From positions 16,866,001-16,930,000 of the forward strand of contig CM075989.1 of NCBI GenBank assembly GCA_038087875.1: a stretch of DNA of 64,000 nt, written 5' to 3'. The position numbers were made by a program, and so were the translations under genes. This stretch comes from Malacoraja senta (Eukaryota). The first letter of the stretch is position 1, and each line of letters opens with the position of its first letter. Shown piece by piece: positions 50,621 through 63,851 of the stretch. Under the pieces are notes generated by a model, which made no database searches, was not told where the DNA came from, and worked only from the letters and a program-made list of their open reading frames with translations.

Positions 50621-52502
50621 GTTGAGGTGGACTGGAAGGGTCTCTTTCTGTGCTGTACGTTTCTATGATACTATGTCTCACCTGTGGCAGAGTCTGGTAT
50701 CGCACCTTGGCCTAATCAGACACCTCCAAACCCACAGCATGAGAGTGTAAGCAAGTCCTGCTCTACTCCAAGGAACTGCCTCAGAAGATGAATATTTCTG
50801 AGGTAGAGGTGGGAGGCTTCTAGAAGTGGAAAAAAACAACAGTGGGAGAAGCATGTTAAGGGCTCCATTTTAATGGCAATCCATCTGTTTGTTTCTGAAT
50901 TGCCACAGCTTTTGTGTACAAATGTCCGAAACCTTTAACCAGCTCTCAGCCAACGACTGTGCTCATTGAGATGGGGAGGGTGAGTGTAGAAAGGGAGAGA
51001 TTATTTATTTCCTGCCTCGCACCTACTAAAATGCTTGGTACATAAAATGATTCAGGTCATTTCCCTGTGTATGTAATCTGAATCTGGTATTAGTATTGGT
51101 TTATTATTGTCACGTGTACTGAGATGCAGTGAAAAGCTATTTGCATGCCATCCTTGTTATCAGGAAAAAATGCTGGAATTTAAACCATTTTTTCCACTCA
51201 TCTTTTTCTGCAGACTTCCTCTGACTGCAAAATATATGGCTAGAAGGTCGAGAAGGAATGCAGCACCCGTGCCTGTATGAGTGACAGTGGCCATCAATGA
51301 CATTGTTTGTCATGAGTCTCCAGTCACCAAATTAGAATTGGTCTTCAGCCTGAAACAGGGAAGAGTCTGAGCCACCCAAGCAGAGGACAAAACTGACTTG
51401 GCTACAAAGGAGTAAGGATTTCGAAGACCCATATTGCTGCTAGTATATAATTATAACCGACCACCCTCTGTTACACTTGACACAATTTTCTCAATTACGT
51501 ACATTCCAATAACCAAAACGTTCCTCCTTTTAACAGTTTGTCAGTGAACAGCTGATTAATAACCCTCCCAACGCTATTCTCAATCCCACTGTATAATTCA
51601 TTATAGTTCGCAACACATCTGCATATCTTAGACCAGTACTCGTCACACACACACACACACACAGAATAACCATTTACGCTGTTCTCTTATTTAACATTCA
51701 CAAAGGAGCAGCAGCAGAAATAACAGTCATTGATCCAGATTTTCTCTCATTGTTTTCCCACTACTCCTCGGGGTGTGATTCTAATGCTTTACAGTAGCAC
51801 GGAGACACAGCATGAATCTTAATGTCCTCCTTCAGCTGTGTAGCGGGAAGTTTCAATGCACCAGATGGGAACTGAACCACTGTGCGGTGATCACTACAAC
51901 AAACACCACACTGAGCATTGTACGCTGTTTTGAACATTATGCACAGAACATCGTACACTGAACGGGATATTTTAAGAAACATTTAGACAGGTACATGGAT
52001 ACGATAGGTTTAGAGGGAAACCCTCACAGGCAGGTGCACGCACGCCAGGTTGATTGCATTTGTTGGAACAGGATCACGTGGACCACGTGAAGGTTGCAAT
52101 CTCCCACCGAACAGGGAGGTGAGAATAGTGTTGATGGGGCATGTTGGTCGGCATGGGCAAGTGGGGCCGAAGAGTCTGTTTCCACACTGTATACCTCTTA
52201 TGACTCTATAACTGCAAGTGCTGGAATCTGATAAGTAAGCAAGATGATAATGTGAACCATTAAGGGAGATGGTGAAGGACAGATGTCATCAAATGGGCAT
52301 GGGATCCATAGACACAGGCAGTTTCAATTCCTTTTCAACTCTTACACTGACCTTCCATCCTCGGCATTTTCCATTGCTAGGGTGAGGCCCAACCAAGGAC
52401 CGGGCCTTTAACCCAACCCCACCAGGGCCTCTAACCCTAGCCTGGTTTTATGGGCCTCCAACCCAAAGGCGTGCTAACCACTACCCCGTGCTTGCTAGAC
52501 TC

Positions 52503-53442
52503 TGTTCTAATGATCTCGATTAGACCCTTTCCTAAGCCCGCGAATGATCGATCCACTCAGACTCACGAGGTGCCAAAAATAAATGTGAAAACCGCACAGT
52601 GGGCCCGATTTCTGCACCCGCGTTCGAAACAGCTCAACACCCTTGATCGCAACCTTGTGTTTGGGGGTCTTTTGAGATTCCGATTGAGCCCCCAATGATA
52701 ATTGCTCATTTCTAAGCTTACCCCCAGTCTAGTTTCAGTAAAAACACTGAATCAAGCACTTGAAACAACTAAATGTTATTTTACCAAATGCGCATCACAG
52801 ATCACATACTGTACCTATTCCACCGCGGGTTCGATCCTTGCTTCCATTTGTTCAAGCCCTCTAGGCCTCGCGCCGGCAGAGGCACTCCAGAAGGGTACGC
52901 GGTCCTGAACTTTCTTCCAGAAGATCGTCCCTGAGCCTTGTGACCACGGACTTTTATATGTCCCGGGAACTCGAGGGTTGTCTCTTAATCACCCAATTAC
53001 AGATATTGATTAACCCCATACATAACAGGCATTTCTCTAACCCAATGATACCACAGTTCAATACATTGTATTCACAACCGACTTCGAGATGAGGTCAACT
53101 GATTATCCTGATTAACAGAATTCTCAGACAAGGCTCAACACCCGATCAAATCAACACATAGCAGAGTCAGACTCTGCAACATTATTTACAAATTATTTAC
53201 AAGGTGTATGTCTGGTTTGCAGCCATCCAATCCATTCTATGCATTTAGCACCAGATTGACAGGGTTTGCAAGGCTTCCCATACTTTGCTTGCAAATTGTA
53301 TCTAAGTTCCAGACTCCCTGGCACCTCTCGCAGCCTGTCCTAGCTCTGCAGAGAGCAATTCCAATTTGACCAAATCTCCCTGCCACCCTGAAACGTAACC
53401 CCATTTTGAAGTCCTAGTTGGTCCAATTTAGCCAGGATTAAC
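52503..53442 (-). mobile_element. Possible solo LTR
   Basis: TGTT...AACA ends; minus-strand TATAAAA near 52955 and AATAA near 52778; no matching target duplication. Confidence 0.4.
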
Positions 53443-54238
53443 ATCGGCATAGACTTGATGGGCCGAATGTCCTTCTATATTATAAATATGAATGCTCAGT
53501 GGACAACACATCCATGTAATGCCTGTACCAAGTATATCAGTTCACTGTGTTCTCTGCATCCATCCATCCATTTGGTTTATCAACTTTCAGTTGAGGAAAT
53601 CTATGCTGAACTATGTAACTGCTTCAATACCGTTGCAAAATATGTGCCACTTTGCCACATAGTTTAATTTGTGATGGGGCTCTGTTGCTTCTAAGGTTGT
53701 GCCTTTAACCTTTCAACTTCAGCAGACTGAGCTTAGAAGTGTCATTGTCAAGAGGGAGCAATGTTCTGAAGCTTTGGCCAGTGACATTCCTTTATTATTG
53801 TGCCAGTGAGCCTCTCTATTGCAAGGGTAGTCCTGTGTATGTAGCACCTCAGATCAATTTACACCTAATTAGTGTTATGTTATAGCTCAAAAGGTTTTCC
53901 ATTTTCAGATCTGTATAATATTTTGAAAACAGTTCTGTGCCATGTCAAAGTTTCGTGTTTGCAAATATCTTGACACATGAGTGGACGCATGCACCCACAA
54001 TGGAAATTCAAGCATGTGAAGCGTTCACAATTTTGCCCAAAGCCTTTTTTGGAATTTCTTATCTGTGCAGCTTGCAAGTTGCAAATTGGTTGATTCCAGC
54101 AACGCTTGATGGGTGAGAAAAGTAGCAGATCTAAAACTGCTGCTTACACTGCCAGTGCTATTTTAAACCAGGTCGAATTTCTTCATTTCGCTGGGTTGGG
54201 TAAGATGTTAACAGTATAGATTGAAGTGCCACATTGTA

Positions 54239-55282
54239 TAGCAATGTTACAAAATTTTGAGATTTTAAAAATCAAGTCTGTAATTTATCCCATCAGATAA
54301 AGCATAAAAGACGTTTAATTTGACACCTAATTCACTTTCATATCTTCAGTATTAAAAAAGTTATGGCCATTTTCATACTCAGAAATTAGCATCTTGTTCG
54401 CTATTGATTTTCCATTGACTTAACACAAAAGCTGTGATCGAGGACAGTCAAAAGCCCATAACTTTCTTACAAATTAAGAGAACTGAAAGAAATTTTCAGT
54501 TATTATAGATTGAAGCATTCTGAAACAAAAATGAAACAATCTGAATTAGATGACATGAAATTAAAGCATATAATTAGTTAGTTACCTAATTGTAGCTAAT
54601 TACAAAATTCAATTACTAGATCTAAACATCTATCAATTTCTTAAGAATAGATTAACAGTTTTAAATAGCCTAAGTGTCCAAATAACATTCACACAAGAAT
54701 TCACAATATAACATAATTTTTAAATCTCATTGTCATGGATTTATAGGCCAAATGGAAGGAATTTAATGTTTAAACCTGTAAATTAATGGGCATTTAAATC
54801 ATCTTGCGAGTGGGTTTTTCTGGAACGCGATCATTTGGAACGTTGATTTGCGGTGAATTTAACCCCGTATCGGCATGAAAAATATTGCCGTTAGTTCGGG
54901 GAAAAGAATCACCGTTTCGCATTTTAAAATGTGAATTAAAGGCCTCTTAAGAAGCACTTTTATACATAAAATAAACTGCTTTCGTTTACCTGTCACGTGC
55001 GTGAAATCCGTGCCCGTTGTCGGTGTTGACGGCTTTAGGAGCTGATTTTAAAATAACTCCAGCGCTGAACTTGTCGGGCGAATTAAAATAAAAAATACAC
55101 AAAACGCCCGTCAGAACGATTCTTCAGCAAAAGTTTGCACTCCAAGGAAATATAATTCAGGACAAGGTAGGAGAAACCCGTGTTTTAACCCCGCCCCCCC
55201 CCCCCTCAAAGGCGCCAAAATCGTGCACATGGCCAGTGGCAGAATTGCAGCGCCGCTGAAGGTAAGTATTGTAACATACCTA
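54239..55282 (+). mobile_element. Non-autonomous TIR DNA transposon (~1.04 kb), copy 1
   Basis: Termini TAGCAATGTTACAAAA / TATTGTAACATACCTA; 7-bp duplication CATTGTA (54232-54238) / CATTCTA (55283-55289); empty site at 63789-63795. Confidence 0.9.
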
Positions 55283-55806
55283 CATTCTACTGTGTGAATG
55301 ACACAGTCATAGTTTACACTCTCAAGATCAATTGATTTCCTTGGTCTATGCACAATCCTTGCTCCGCCTTCTGAAACTTAAATCTTCCACTCAAATTATG
55401 TGCAAATTAACAAAAGAAGATTTGTGCAGCAGAGTAAATCGCTTTCTCATTATGGTTGCACATGCATGATTATTGCAGTGAGGTAGCACTAATCACGTTA
55501 GTGGTCAGTGACAGGTTAATGGACTCCAGTAAGTTAAACTGACCCGTGTGACAATTCAATTAATACCGAAAGTCTGCTTTGTTTACAGTGATCAGGCTGC
55601 CTTTGAAAGTATGTTATCAGTACATTCAGAATAAATGTAGTATTGAGCATCACATTTCATTTGTTTTCCTCTAAATGTATGTTATCTGTACGTTCAGAAT
55701 AAGTGCAAAATTGAGCAACATATTTCATTTGTTGATGTGACCTTTCCAACCTGCTCCTGATCACACAGCTGTTGCACCGAGCAATGTGAGCTCAAAATAC
55801 CCTGTG

Positions 55807-57326
55807 CTAGGCTCTCACTTAACTTTTTTTCCCTGTTGCCAGCCGGGCAACTTTAGGCAGCTTTTTAGGTTGCCAAATGACAGTTTAGGTTGTCAATTTA
55901 AGACGGCTTGCATGACGCGTGCGATAATGTGCTCGAACGAAGTGCGTAGTTACGTCGGAATTATGCTCAATGAAGCATTCACATATTATTTCTGCTTCAA
56001 ATAAAGTCACAAACTAAACATATTCACCAATCAAGACATGATATATACCACAATGACATGCAGCAAAGTTACAATACAGTATCTCAACTCTTTTTACACA
56101 TTGCAATTAATGCAACTTCTATTATTTCTTTCCACTTCCCAACAAAAATGTGGTTGGATTATTCAGCGTATGATCAACCTGTGTCAATAAATCCTGGACC
56201 ATGGTAACATATATGCTTAAACATGCACACTACAGATTGATGCAAGCATGTTTTCTGTGAAAGATCGAAAATTATCATGACATGGCCACAGCATGGGTCG
56301 TAATTGCTATTGGTACAGAAACATTCTCGCTTCCCACATAATTTATCCACAACAAAATATACAGATTGCAAGGAAATTTCTAAAGGCATTTTATGATAGC
56401 TGTTAAAACCGACAATACCCATCTGACAGGTTACATTACACTAACTGACAATAGATGGCCAAAGGACATAACTGCAGCAAATGTTCTTTCGGTAATATGT
56501 TTAAAGGCATCAAAACGCCACATTACCGGACATTCAGATTAAATGTATGTGTTGTGAACAGCAATGAAGATACCCAGTTTGTATGCACAATATTTTTTTT
56601 AAATTATTGATTAATGCTGTTTCCATCATTCCCACTTCAGAATTAACATTAAAATTTCAACTGAAATATCTCCTGACCAAATTTCTGATGTATATGACCG
56701 ACTAGAAGTAAAACCTGGATAAATCCAACGTATAGTTGTGAATGTTGCTCATTAAATAACAGTACTGATACTCCATATTAAGAGCATTGATTTGCCGTTA
56801 AAATTAATTCTGTAATAACATGTCAATGGTAGCAGTGACAATCGAGCACTGTGGTTTTAATGTTTCACGTGTTCACAATTTAATTAATCCATCTTTATGG
56901 ATGAAAACAAATAATAACTTTGGGATTTAAAACAACGTGGCAAGCAGCGGCTGCTATCAGGGCGGGCAGGGTGCTGGAGGAGCAGGAGCCGCTATCGCTG
57001 CCGATGTCGCTGCCAAAGATCCTATAGGATCCTATAGGATCATTGGCCGCTGCTGTGCGGTGCCCGTCATTCACTCCTATCTGCCGTCACCCCACACCCC
57101 ATATCTTTGCTCCGCACTACAGTCGTCGCCGCCGACACAAAACGTCACGTTCCTTTTCTCCAGAGATGCTGCCTGACCCACTGAGTTACTCCAGTTTTTC
57201 GTCTCTATCTTCGGTATAAACTAGTATCTGCAGTGCCAAGCGGGGCAAAATGACTCGGCATTTAGGTTGCCCGGCGGCACTTTGGGTGGTCATTGGCACC
57301 CGGGCAACCGTTAATTTCGAGCCGTG
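55807..57326. mobile_element. Probable non-autonomous hAT-like DNA transposon
   Basis: Imperfect TIRs CTAGGCTCTCACTTAAC / GTTAATTTCGAGCCGTG; subterminal CCGGGCAAC and TTTAGGTTGCC motifs at both ends; target duplication poor. Confidence 0.5.
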
Positions 57327-60300
57327 CTCTGCCTTTGATCGTGAAAAATCATTGATATAGGAAGATAATTGCAAGTCCTCATTACTGCTCTGGTTGTAAT
57401 TTTGCAGGTTTGGCATAAAGTTGCAGCTTGTTTGCTATGAAAAGATTGCCATGGCTGGCTAAATGCTTCAACTCTGATCTTGATAGAAGAGTAGGTTTAA
57501 ACTATAGCAGTGGCTGCTATTTTACAGCCAATTTGCAGTTGCTGAATCTTCGCCTTTGGACAATGGATTTGCATAAATCTGCAATAACAGGAGACATTTT
57601 AGAAATGTAACTTGTGTCGCAAATCCATGGAAAACATGAAGTGCTTTCCTTTGTTCAGTATATTATGGGAAATGCATTTAATCAAAACATTAGTGACAGG
57701 ATGGATATCCTGTGTGATCAATTGGTTAGTTTACAACATTTATGATGGGACATGCAGCTTTATCTTAATTCAATCCACATGATATTTCATTTTGTGATGC
57801 AAATCATGATAGAAAAGATGAAAATATATTCAGGGACGTGTTATTATGCTGAATAAGGATATTCAAATACGTTGTAAAGAATCATATTTTTATTTGTTAT
57901 TTTAATTATTCATTTTTGGTATATGTACACTGCTCACAAGATCACCATTTGTTGTCTGTCTATAAATATATAAAATTATGATAGGATAGGCAATTTTTTT
58001 TGCCCCACCTACCATCCCCATCTCACGCAACAAAACCACATCCAAAAATTAATCCAGGCCACTTCTGAAAATCCCAATTATCAACCACTACCCCACATCC
58101 CACCAGTACACTTCACCCCACCCATGCACCCCAGCTGCCCCCCAACAATCCCACCCTTCTCAACATACCACCCCTGCCCATACACTTCCTCCCCTCCATA
58201 AAGCCCCCAACTCGACACATTCTCCCCCACAGCACATACTGTATACCCATCCACATCCACCACCTCTCCCTTCATATCCCTTCCACCTTACATTCGCACA
58301 CCAGCATCTGTTGCTTTCTGGGAAAGTTTGTTCCAGATTTCACCATGTCTGTGTGAAAATGTTTTTCCTGATTTTGCTCCTGGCTGCAGATTTGATTCTC
58401 CTTTCTTGCATTTGATCCCACAATGGTGGTGCTAGTCTCTCTGTATCCAACATAAATAATCCTTCTAACATTTTAAACACCTCAATCAGATCTCCCTTTA
58501 GTCTTTTCCACACGAGAGAAGACATCACATTTATTAATCCTGACCTCATAATTTACCACTTTGACTTTCGATATTATTCCGGTGACTCTCCACTGCATTC
58601 TCTCCAAGGCCAATATATTTCTCCTGATGCTTGGTGTCTGGAACAGTAAACAGATCTCAGGAAATAATAGACAAGAAGGGTTTCGGCCCGAAACGTTACC
58701 TATTTCCTTCGCTCCATAGATGCTGCTGCACCCGCTGAGTTTCTCCAGCATTTTTGTGTACCTCAGGAAATAATAGTCCTGGAACTAGCCAATAAATCAT
58801 GCACCATCTGTGGAAAAAGAAACGGTGACCATGTATCAGGTTGATGACGTTTCATCAATCTTCCAAAGAGTTCACAGAGACAAATATGGCTCCAGAGGTT
58901 GACTGATAAAGACTACACAACTGAACTGTAACCCCCTCCCCTTGTACTGCAGCCTACTTGAAGTAAAAGCCCACAATCTGCTAACCTTCTGCTTTCTCTC
59001 GCTGTCTGGTAGAGTTAATGATTTGTTATTGATATTGGTTTATTATTATCATGTATACTGAGACACAGTGAAATTATTGATTTTGCTTGCTATCCAGTCA
59101 AATCATTCTATGTATGAGTACAATTAATCCTTGCACAAATACAACTGGTAATGCAAAGAGAAAAACAGAATGCAGAATATAGTATTGCAGCTACAGAGGA
59201 ACTGCAGAACAAAACAAGTGCAAGGCAGCATCGAGGTAGGTTGGGAGTTCTGGACTCCACTCTTAACTTAAGAAAGTCAGATCAGTAGACTGATAATAGC
59301 AGGGAAGAAGCTTTTTCTGAGCCTGATGGTACAAGCTTTTATTTCTTCTGCCCGACGGGAAAGGAAGAAGAAGGAATGACCATCTGTTAGCGGTCCTTCA
59401 TTGTGTTGGCTGCTCTCTCAAGGTAGCCTGGAGTGGAGATGGAGTCAGTGGGGGGGGGGGGGAGGGGGGGTAATTTGCATGGTGGACTGGGCTACACCTA
59501 CAACTCCTTGAAATTTCTTGCTGTCTTGGTTGGAACAGTTGCCCAAACCAAGTTGTGCTGCAATCCATAGGATGCTTTATACAGTGCAAAAAATCTTTTG
59601 TCCAGAGTACGGGAATCGAGAACCAGACGACATGGGTTTAAGGTGAGGGGGTAAATATATAATAGGAACCTGAGGGGTAGCATTTTTACATAAAGGGTAT
59701 GGAACGAGCTTCTGGAGGACGTAGATGAGGCAGTTACTATTGCAACATTTAAGAAACATTTGGACAGGTACATGGATAGGTTTAGAGGGATATGGTCCAA
59801 ACGCAGGCAGGTGGGACAAGTGAAAATGTAGCATGTTGATCGGCATGGGCAAGTTGAGCTGAAGGGCCTGTTCCCACACTGTATGACTCTGTGAATCTAT
59901 GCATCTATAAAGTTGGAGTCTTTGGCAACATGCCAAATTGCATTGGATTTGTATGTATTCCCAAATCCTTTCACTGCTCTCTAGTACTGACATTCGAGAT
60001 GTGTGCTGTGATGGACTGTGTTGGAATCTGGTGGTACATGCGTTCAAGTGGTTACACTCACTGAAGCCTCACTGGATCAGGCACTCACATGGAATTAGTG
60101 CTGCCTTGTAAGAGCTGTACAATTGAGCCTGGGAAAAAAATAGGCATTTTGCAAACTACACTCTAGACTCTACGCCTACACCTCCATCCCCCACCAGGAG
60201 GGTCTCAAAGCCCTCCGTTTCTTCCTCGACCAGAGAACTAACCAATCCCCGTCTACTGATACTCTCCTCCGCCTAGCGGAGCTGGTCCTTACCCTTAATA

Positions 60301-60722
60301 ACTTTTCGTTTGACTCCTCCCATTTCCTCCAAATACAAGGTGTAGCTATGGGCACGCGCATGGGCCCTAGCTATGCCTGCCTCTTTGTAGGGCACGTCGA
60401 ACAATCCTTGTTCGAGACGTACCAGGGCCCCATCCCAGAACTCTACCTCCGCTACATCGACGACTGCATTGGTGCTACCTCCTGCACCCACACACAACTC
60501 ACTGACTTCATCCATTTCACCATTAACTTCCATCCGGCATTCAAATGCACCTGGACCATTTCCGACATTTCCCTCCCATTTCTGGACCTCACTATTTCCC
60601 TCCCATTTCTGGACCTCACTATCTCCATCGCAGGTGATAGACTTCTGACCGACATCCACTATAAATCCACTGACTCCCATGGCTATCTAGACTACACTTC
60701 TTCCCACCCTGCTTCCTGTAAG

Positions 60723-61749
60723 TAGGTATGTTACAAAACTTACCTTCAGTCGCGCTGTAATTCTGCCACTGGCCGTGTGCGTGATTTTGGCGCCTTTAAG
60801 GGGGGGGCGGGGTTAAAACGCGGTTTCTCCTCCCTTGTCCTGAATTATATTTCGTTGGAGTACAAGCGTTGGCTGACAAATCGTCTGAATTTTTTAATTT
60901 TATTAAATCGTCAATGTCAGCGCTAGAGTAATTTTAAAAGCAGCTCCTGAAGCGTCAACGCCGATAACGGGGACGGATTTCACACACGGGACAGGTAAAC
61001 GAAAGTGGTTTCTTTAAATGTATAAAAGTGCTTCTTAAGAAGCCTTTAATTCACATTTTCTTCATGCGACACGGTGATTTTATTCCCCGAACTAACGGCA
61101 GTATTTTTCATGCCAATACGGGGTTAAATTCACCGCAAATGAACGTTCCAAAAGATCGCGTTCCAGAAATCCTCACTCACAAGATGATTTAAATGCCCAT
61201 TAATTTACAGGTATTAAACATTCAATTCCTTCCATTTGGCCTGTAAATTCATGAAAATTAGATTTAAAAATTATGTTATATTGTGAATTATTGTGTGAAT
61301 GTTATTTGGACACTTAGGCTATTTAAAAATGTTAATCTATTCTTAAGAAATTGATAGATGTTTAGATCTAGTAATTGAATTTTGTAATTAGCTACAATTA
61401 GGTAACTAACTAATTATATGCTTTACTTTCATGTCTTCTAAGTAAGATTGTTTCATATTTGTTTCAGAATGCTTCAATCTATAATAACTGAAAATTTATT
61501 TCAGTTATCTTAATTTTTAAGAAAGTTATGGGCTTTTAACTGTCCTCGATCACAGCTTTTGTGTTAAGTCAATGGAAAAGCAATAGGGAACAAGATGCTA
61601 ATTTCCGAGTATGAAAATGGCCATAACTTCTTTAATACTGAAGATATGAAAGTGAATTAGGTGTCAAATTAAACTTCTTTTTATGCTTTATCTGATGGGA
61701 TAAATTGCAGACTTTATTTTTAAAATCGCAAAATTTTGTAACATTGCTA
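60723..61749 (-). mobile_element. Non-autonomous TIR DNA transposon, copy 2 (inverted relative to copy 1)
   Basis: Termini TAGGTATGTTACAAAA / TTTTGTAACATTGCTA; perfect 7-bp duplication CTGTAAG at 60716-60722 and 61750-61756; removing it restores the Penelope reading HPASCKDS. Confidence 0.92.
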
Positions 61750-62637
61750 CTGTAAGGACTCCACCCCCTACTCCCAATTCCTCTGTCTACGCCGCATCTG
61801 CTCCCAGGATGAGCTGTTCCACACTAGGGCATCGGAGATGTCCTCATTCTTCAGGGAACGGGGGTTCTTACCAAGGTTTCGATACCCCGTGACACTGCTC
61901 TCTCTCCCCACTCCCCCACTCATAACAAGGGCAGAGCCCCCTAGTCCTCACCTTCCACCCTACCAGCCATCACATACAACAAATAATCCTCCGTCATTTT
62001 CGCCACCTCCAACGTGACCCCACCACTTGCCACATCTTCCCATCTCCTCCCCTGTCCGCTTTCCGCAGAGACCGCTCCCTCCGTAACTCCCTGGTCCATT
62101 CGTCCCTTCCCACCCGAACCACCCCCTTTCCGGGCACTTTCCCTTGCAACCGCAAGAAATGCTACACTTGTCGCTTTACCTCCCCCCTTGACTCCATGCA
62201 AGGACCCAAGCAGTCTTTCCAGGTGCGACAGGTTCACTTGCACCTCCTCCAACCTCATCTATTGCATCCGCTGCTCTAGATGTCAGCTGATCTACATCGG
62301 TGAGACCAAGCGTAGGCTTGGCGATCGTTTCGCCGAACACCTCCGCTCGGTTCGCAATAACCAACCTGATCTCCCAGTGGCTCAGCACTTCAACTCCCCC
62401 TCCCATCCTGAATCCGACCTTTCTGTCCTGGGCCTCCTCCCATGGTCAGAGTGAGGACCACCGGAAATTGGAGGAGCAGCACCTCATATTTCGCTTGGGC
62501 AGTTTGTACCCCAGTGGTATGAACATTGACTTCTCTAATTTCAGGTAGTCCTTACTGTCTCCGCACCTTCTCAGCTCTCCATCTAGCCCTCTGGCTCCTC
62601 CTCTTCCTTTCTTCTTCCCGCCCCCTCACCCTCACAT

Positions 62638-62673
62638 CAGTCTGAAGAAGGGTTTCGGCCCGAAACGTTGCCT
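62638..62673 (+). ncRNA. Minimal hammerhead-ribozyme-like motif in the Penelope terminal repeat
   Basis: CTGAAGA - A GGG TTTCGG CCC - GAAAC GTT gives the CUGANGA core, stem II and GAAA core with a palindromic AACGTT stem III. Confidence 0.55.
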
Positions 62674-63143
62674 ATTTCTTTCGCTCCATAGATGCTGCCT
62701 CACCCGCCGAGTTTCTCCAGCATTTTTGTCTACCTGGCATTTTGCAAAGAGGCTTTTATCAAACATGTCTTAATGATTGGATGATAGCCGGCCCCAACAA
62801 GTTCACACATTGTGTGTCGGTTTATTAGTTTGACAATGACTGATAACCATTGGTAGTCCTCCTCTCAGGAATTAGGCAGGTCAATTTGTATTATTGATTG
62901 ATCCCATTTATGCAGTTTTTGAAAATGTAGAGTTTACAGGGAAATGCTGTCCAAGAAATCAAAGGGGAAATCAATCCAATTATATTTGCTGTCGTTGTCA
63001 GTGAAGGTGATTTAGTTGCCATTTTGCAGACTCAAGCAGAAACAAGTGAGCCCACTGGTTAACATTGTCCCAATTAATCTCTCACGGAACATTTGCATGT
63101 CACTATGGTTAACTTAGTCAAGTCCTGGCAGCAGCAGAGACCA

Positions 63144-63343
63144 NNNNNNNNNNNNNNNNNNNNNNNNNNNNNNNNNNNNNNNNNNNNNNNNNNNNNNNNN
63201 NNNNNNNNNNNNNNNNNNNNNNNNNNNNNNNNNNNNNNNNNNNNNNNNNNNNNNNNNNNNNNNNNNNNNNNNNNNNNNNNNNNNNNNNNNNNNNNNNNNN
63301 NNNNNNNNNNNNNNNNNNNNNNNNNNNNNNNNNNNNNNNNNNN
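63144..63343. other. Assembly gap (200 N)
   Basis: Run of N. Confidence 1.
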
Positions 63344-63481
63344 GCAGGTTAATTGTCGACTGTAATTGCACCATGAGTAGGTGGGCAGCAGGAGAACCAT
63401 TGGGGAGTTGTTGGACAGGTGAAAGAGAATAGGTTACATGGAAATAAATGAGTGAATTGGATTAATGGACTACTTATAGTG

Positions 63482-63851
63482 TCGGCATAGACTTGATGGG
63501 CCGAACGGCCTGCTATATTATAAATATGAAAGCTCATATGGACGCATGCACCCACAATGGAAATTCAAGCATGTGAAGCGTTCACAATTTTGTCCATTGC
63601 CTGTTTTGGAATTTCTTATCTGTGCAGCTTGCAAGTTGCAAATTAGTTGATTTCAGCAACGCTTGATGGGTGAGAAAAGTAGCAGATCTAAAACTGCTGA
63701 TTACACTGCCAGTGCTATTTTAAACCAGGTCACATTTGTTCATTTCGCTGGATTGGGTAAGATGTTAACAGTATAGATTGAAGTGTCACATTGTACTGTG
63801 TGAACGACACATTCATAGTTTCCACTCTCAAGATCAATTTATTTCCTTGGT
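63482..63851 (+). repeat. Diverged direct duplicate of 53443-53503 + 53982-54238 + 55290-55345, lacking the TIR element
   Basis: TGGACGCATGCACCCACAATGGAAATTCAAGC.. is colinear with 53982-54238 and continues into the sequence that follows 55289. Confidence 0.9.

Larger units (their letters stand above)
60165..62733 (+). mobile_element. Penelope-like retroelement (5'-truncated; RT plus GIY-YIG endonuclease), split by a TIR element
   Basis: GVAMGTRMGPSYACLFVG, YLRYIDDC, PFLDL, YLDYTSSHP; GIY-YIG FTCTSSNLIYCIRC..YIGETKRRLGDRFAEHL; terminal repeat 62640-62733. Confidence 0.93.

Noticed and set aside
58040..58300. C/A-rich tract (and the purine-rich tract at 44530-44900)
   Set aside because: Low-complexity sequence with no periodicity or coding signal I can support.
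63074..63400. ORFs spanning the N run
   Set aside because: Artefacts of the assembly gap.
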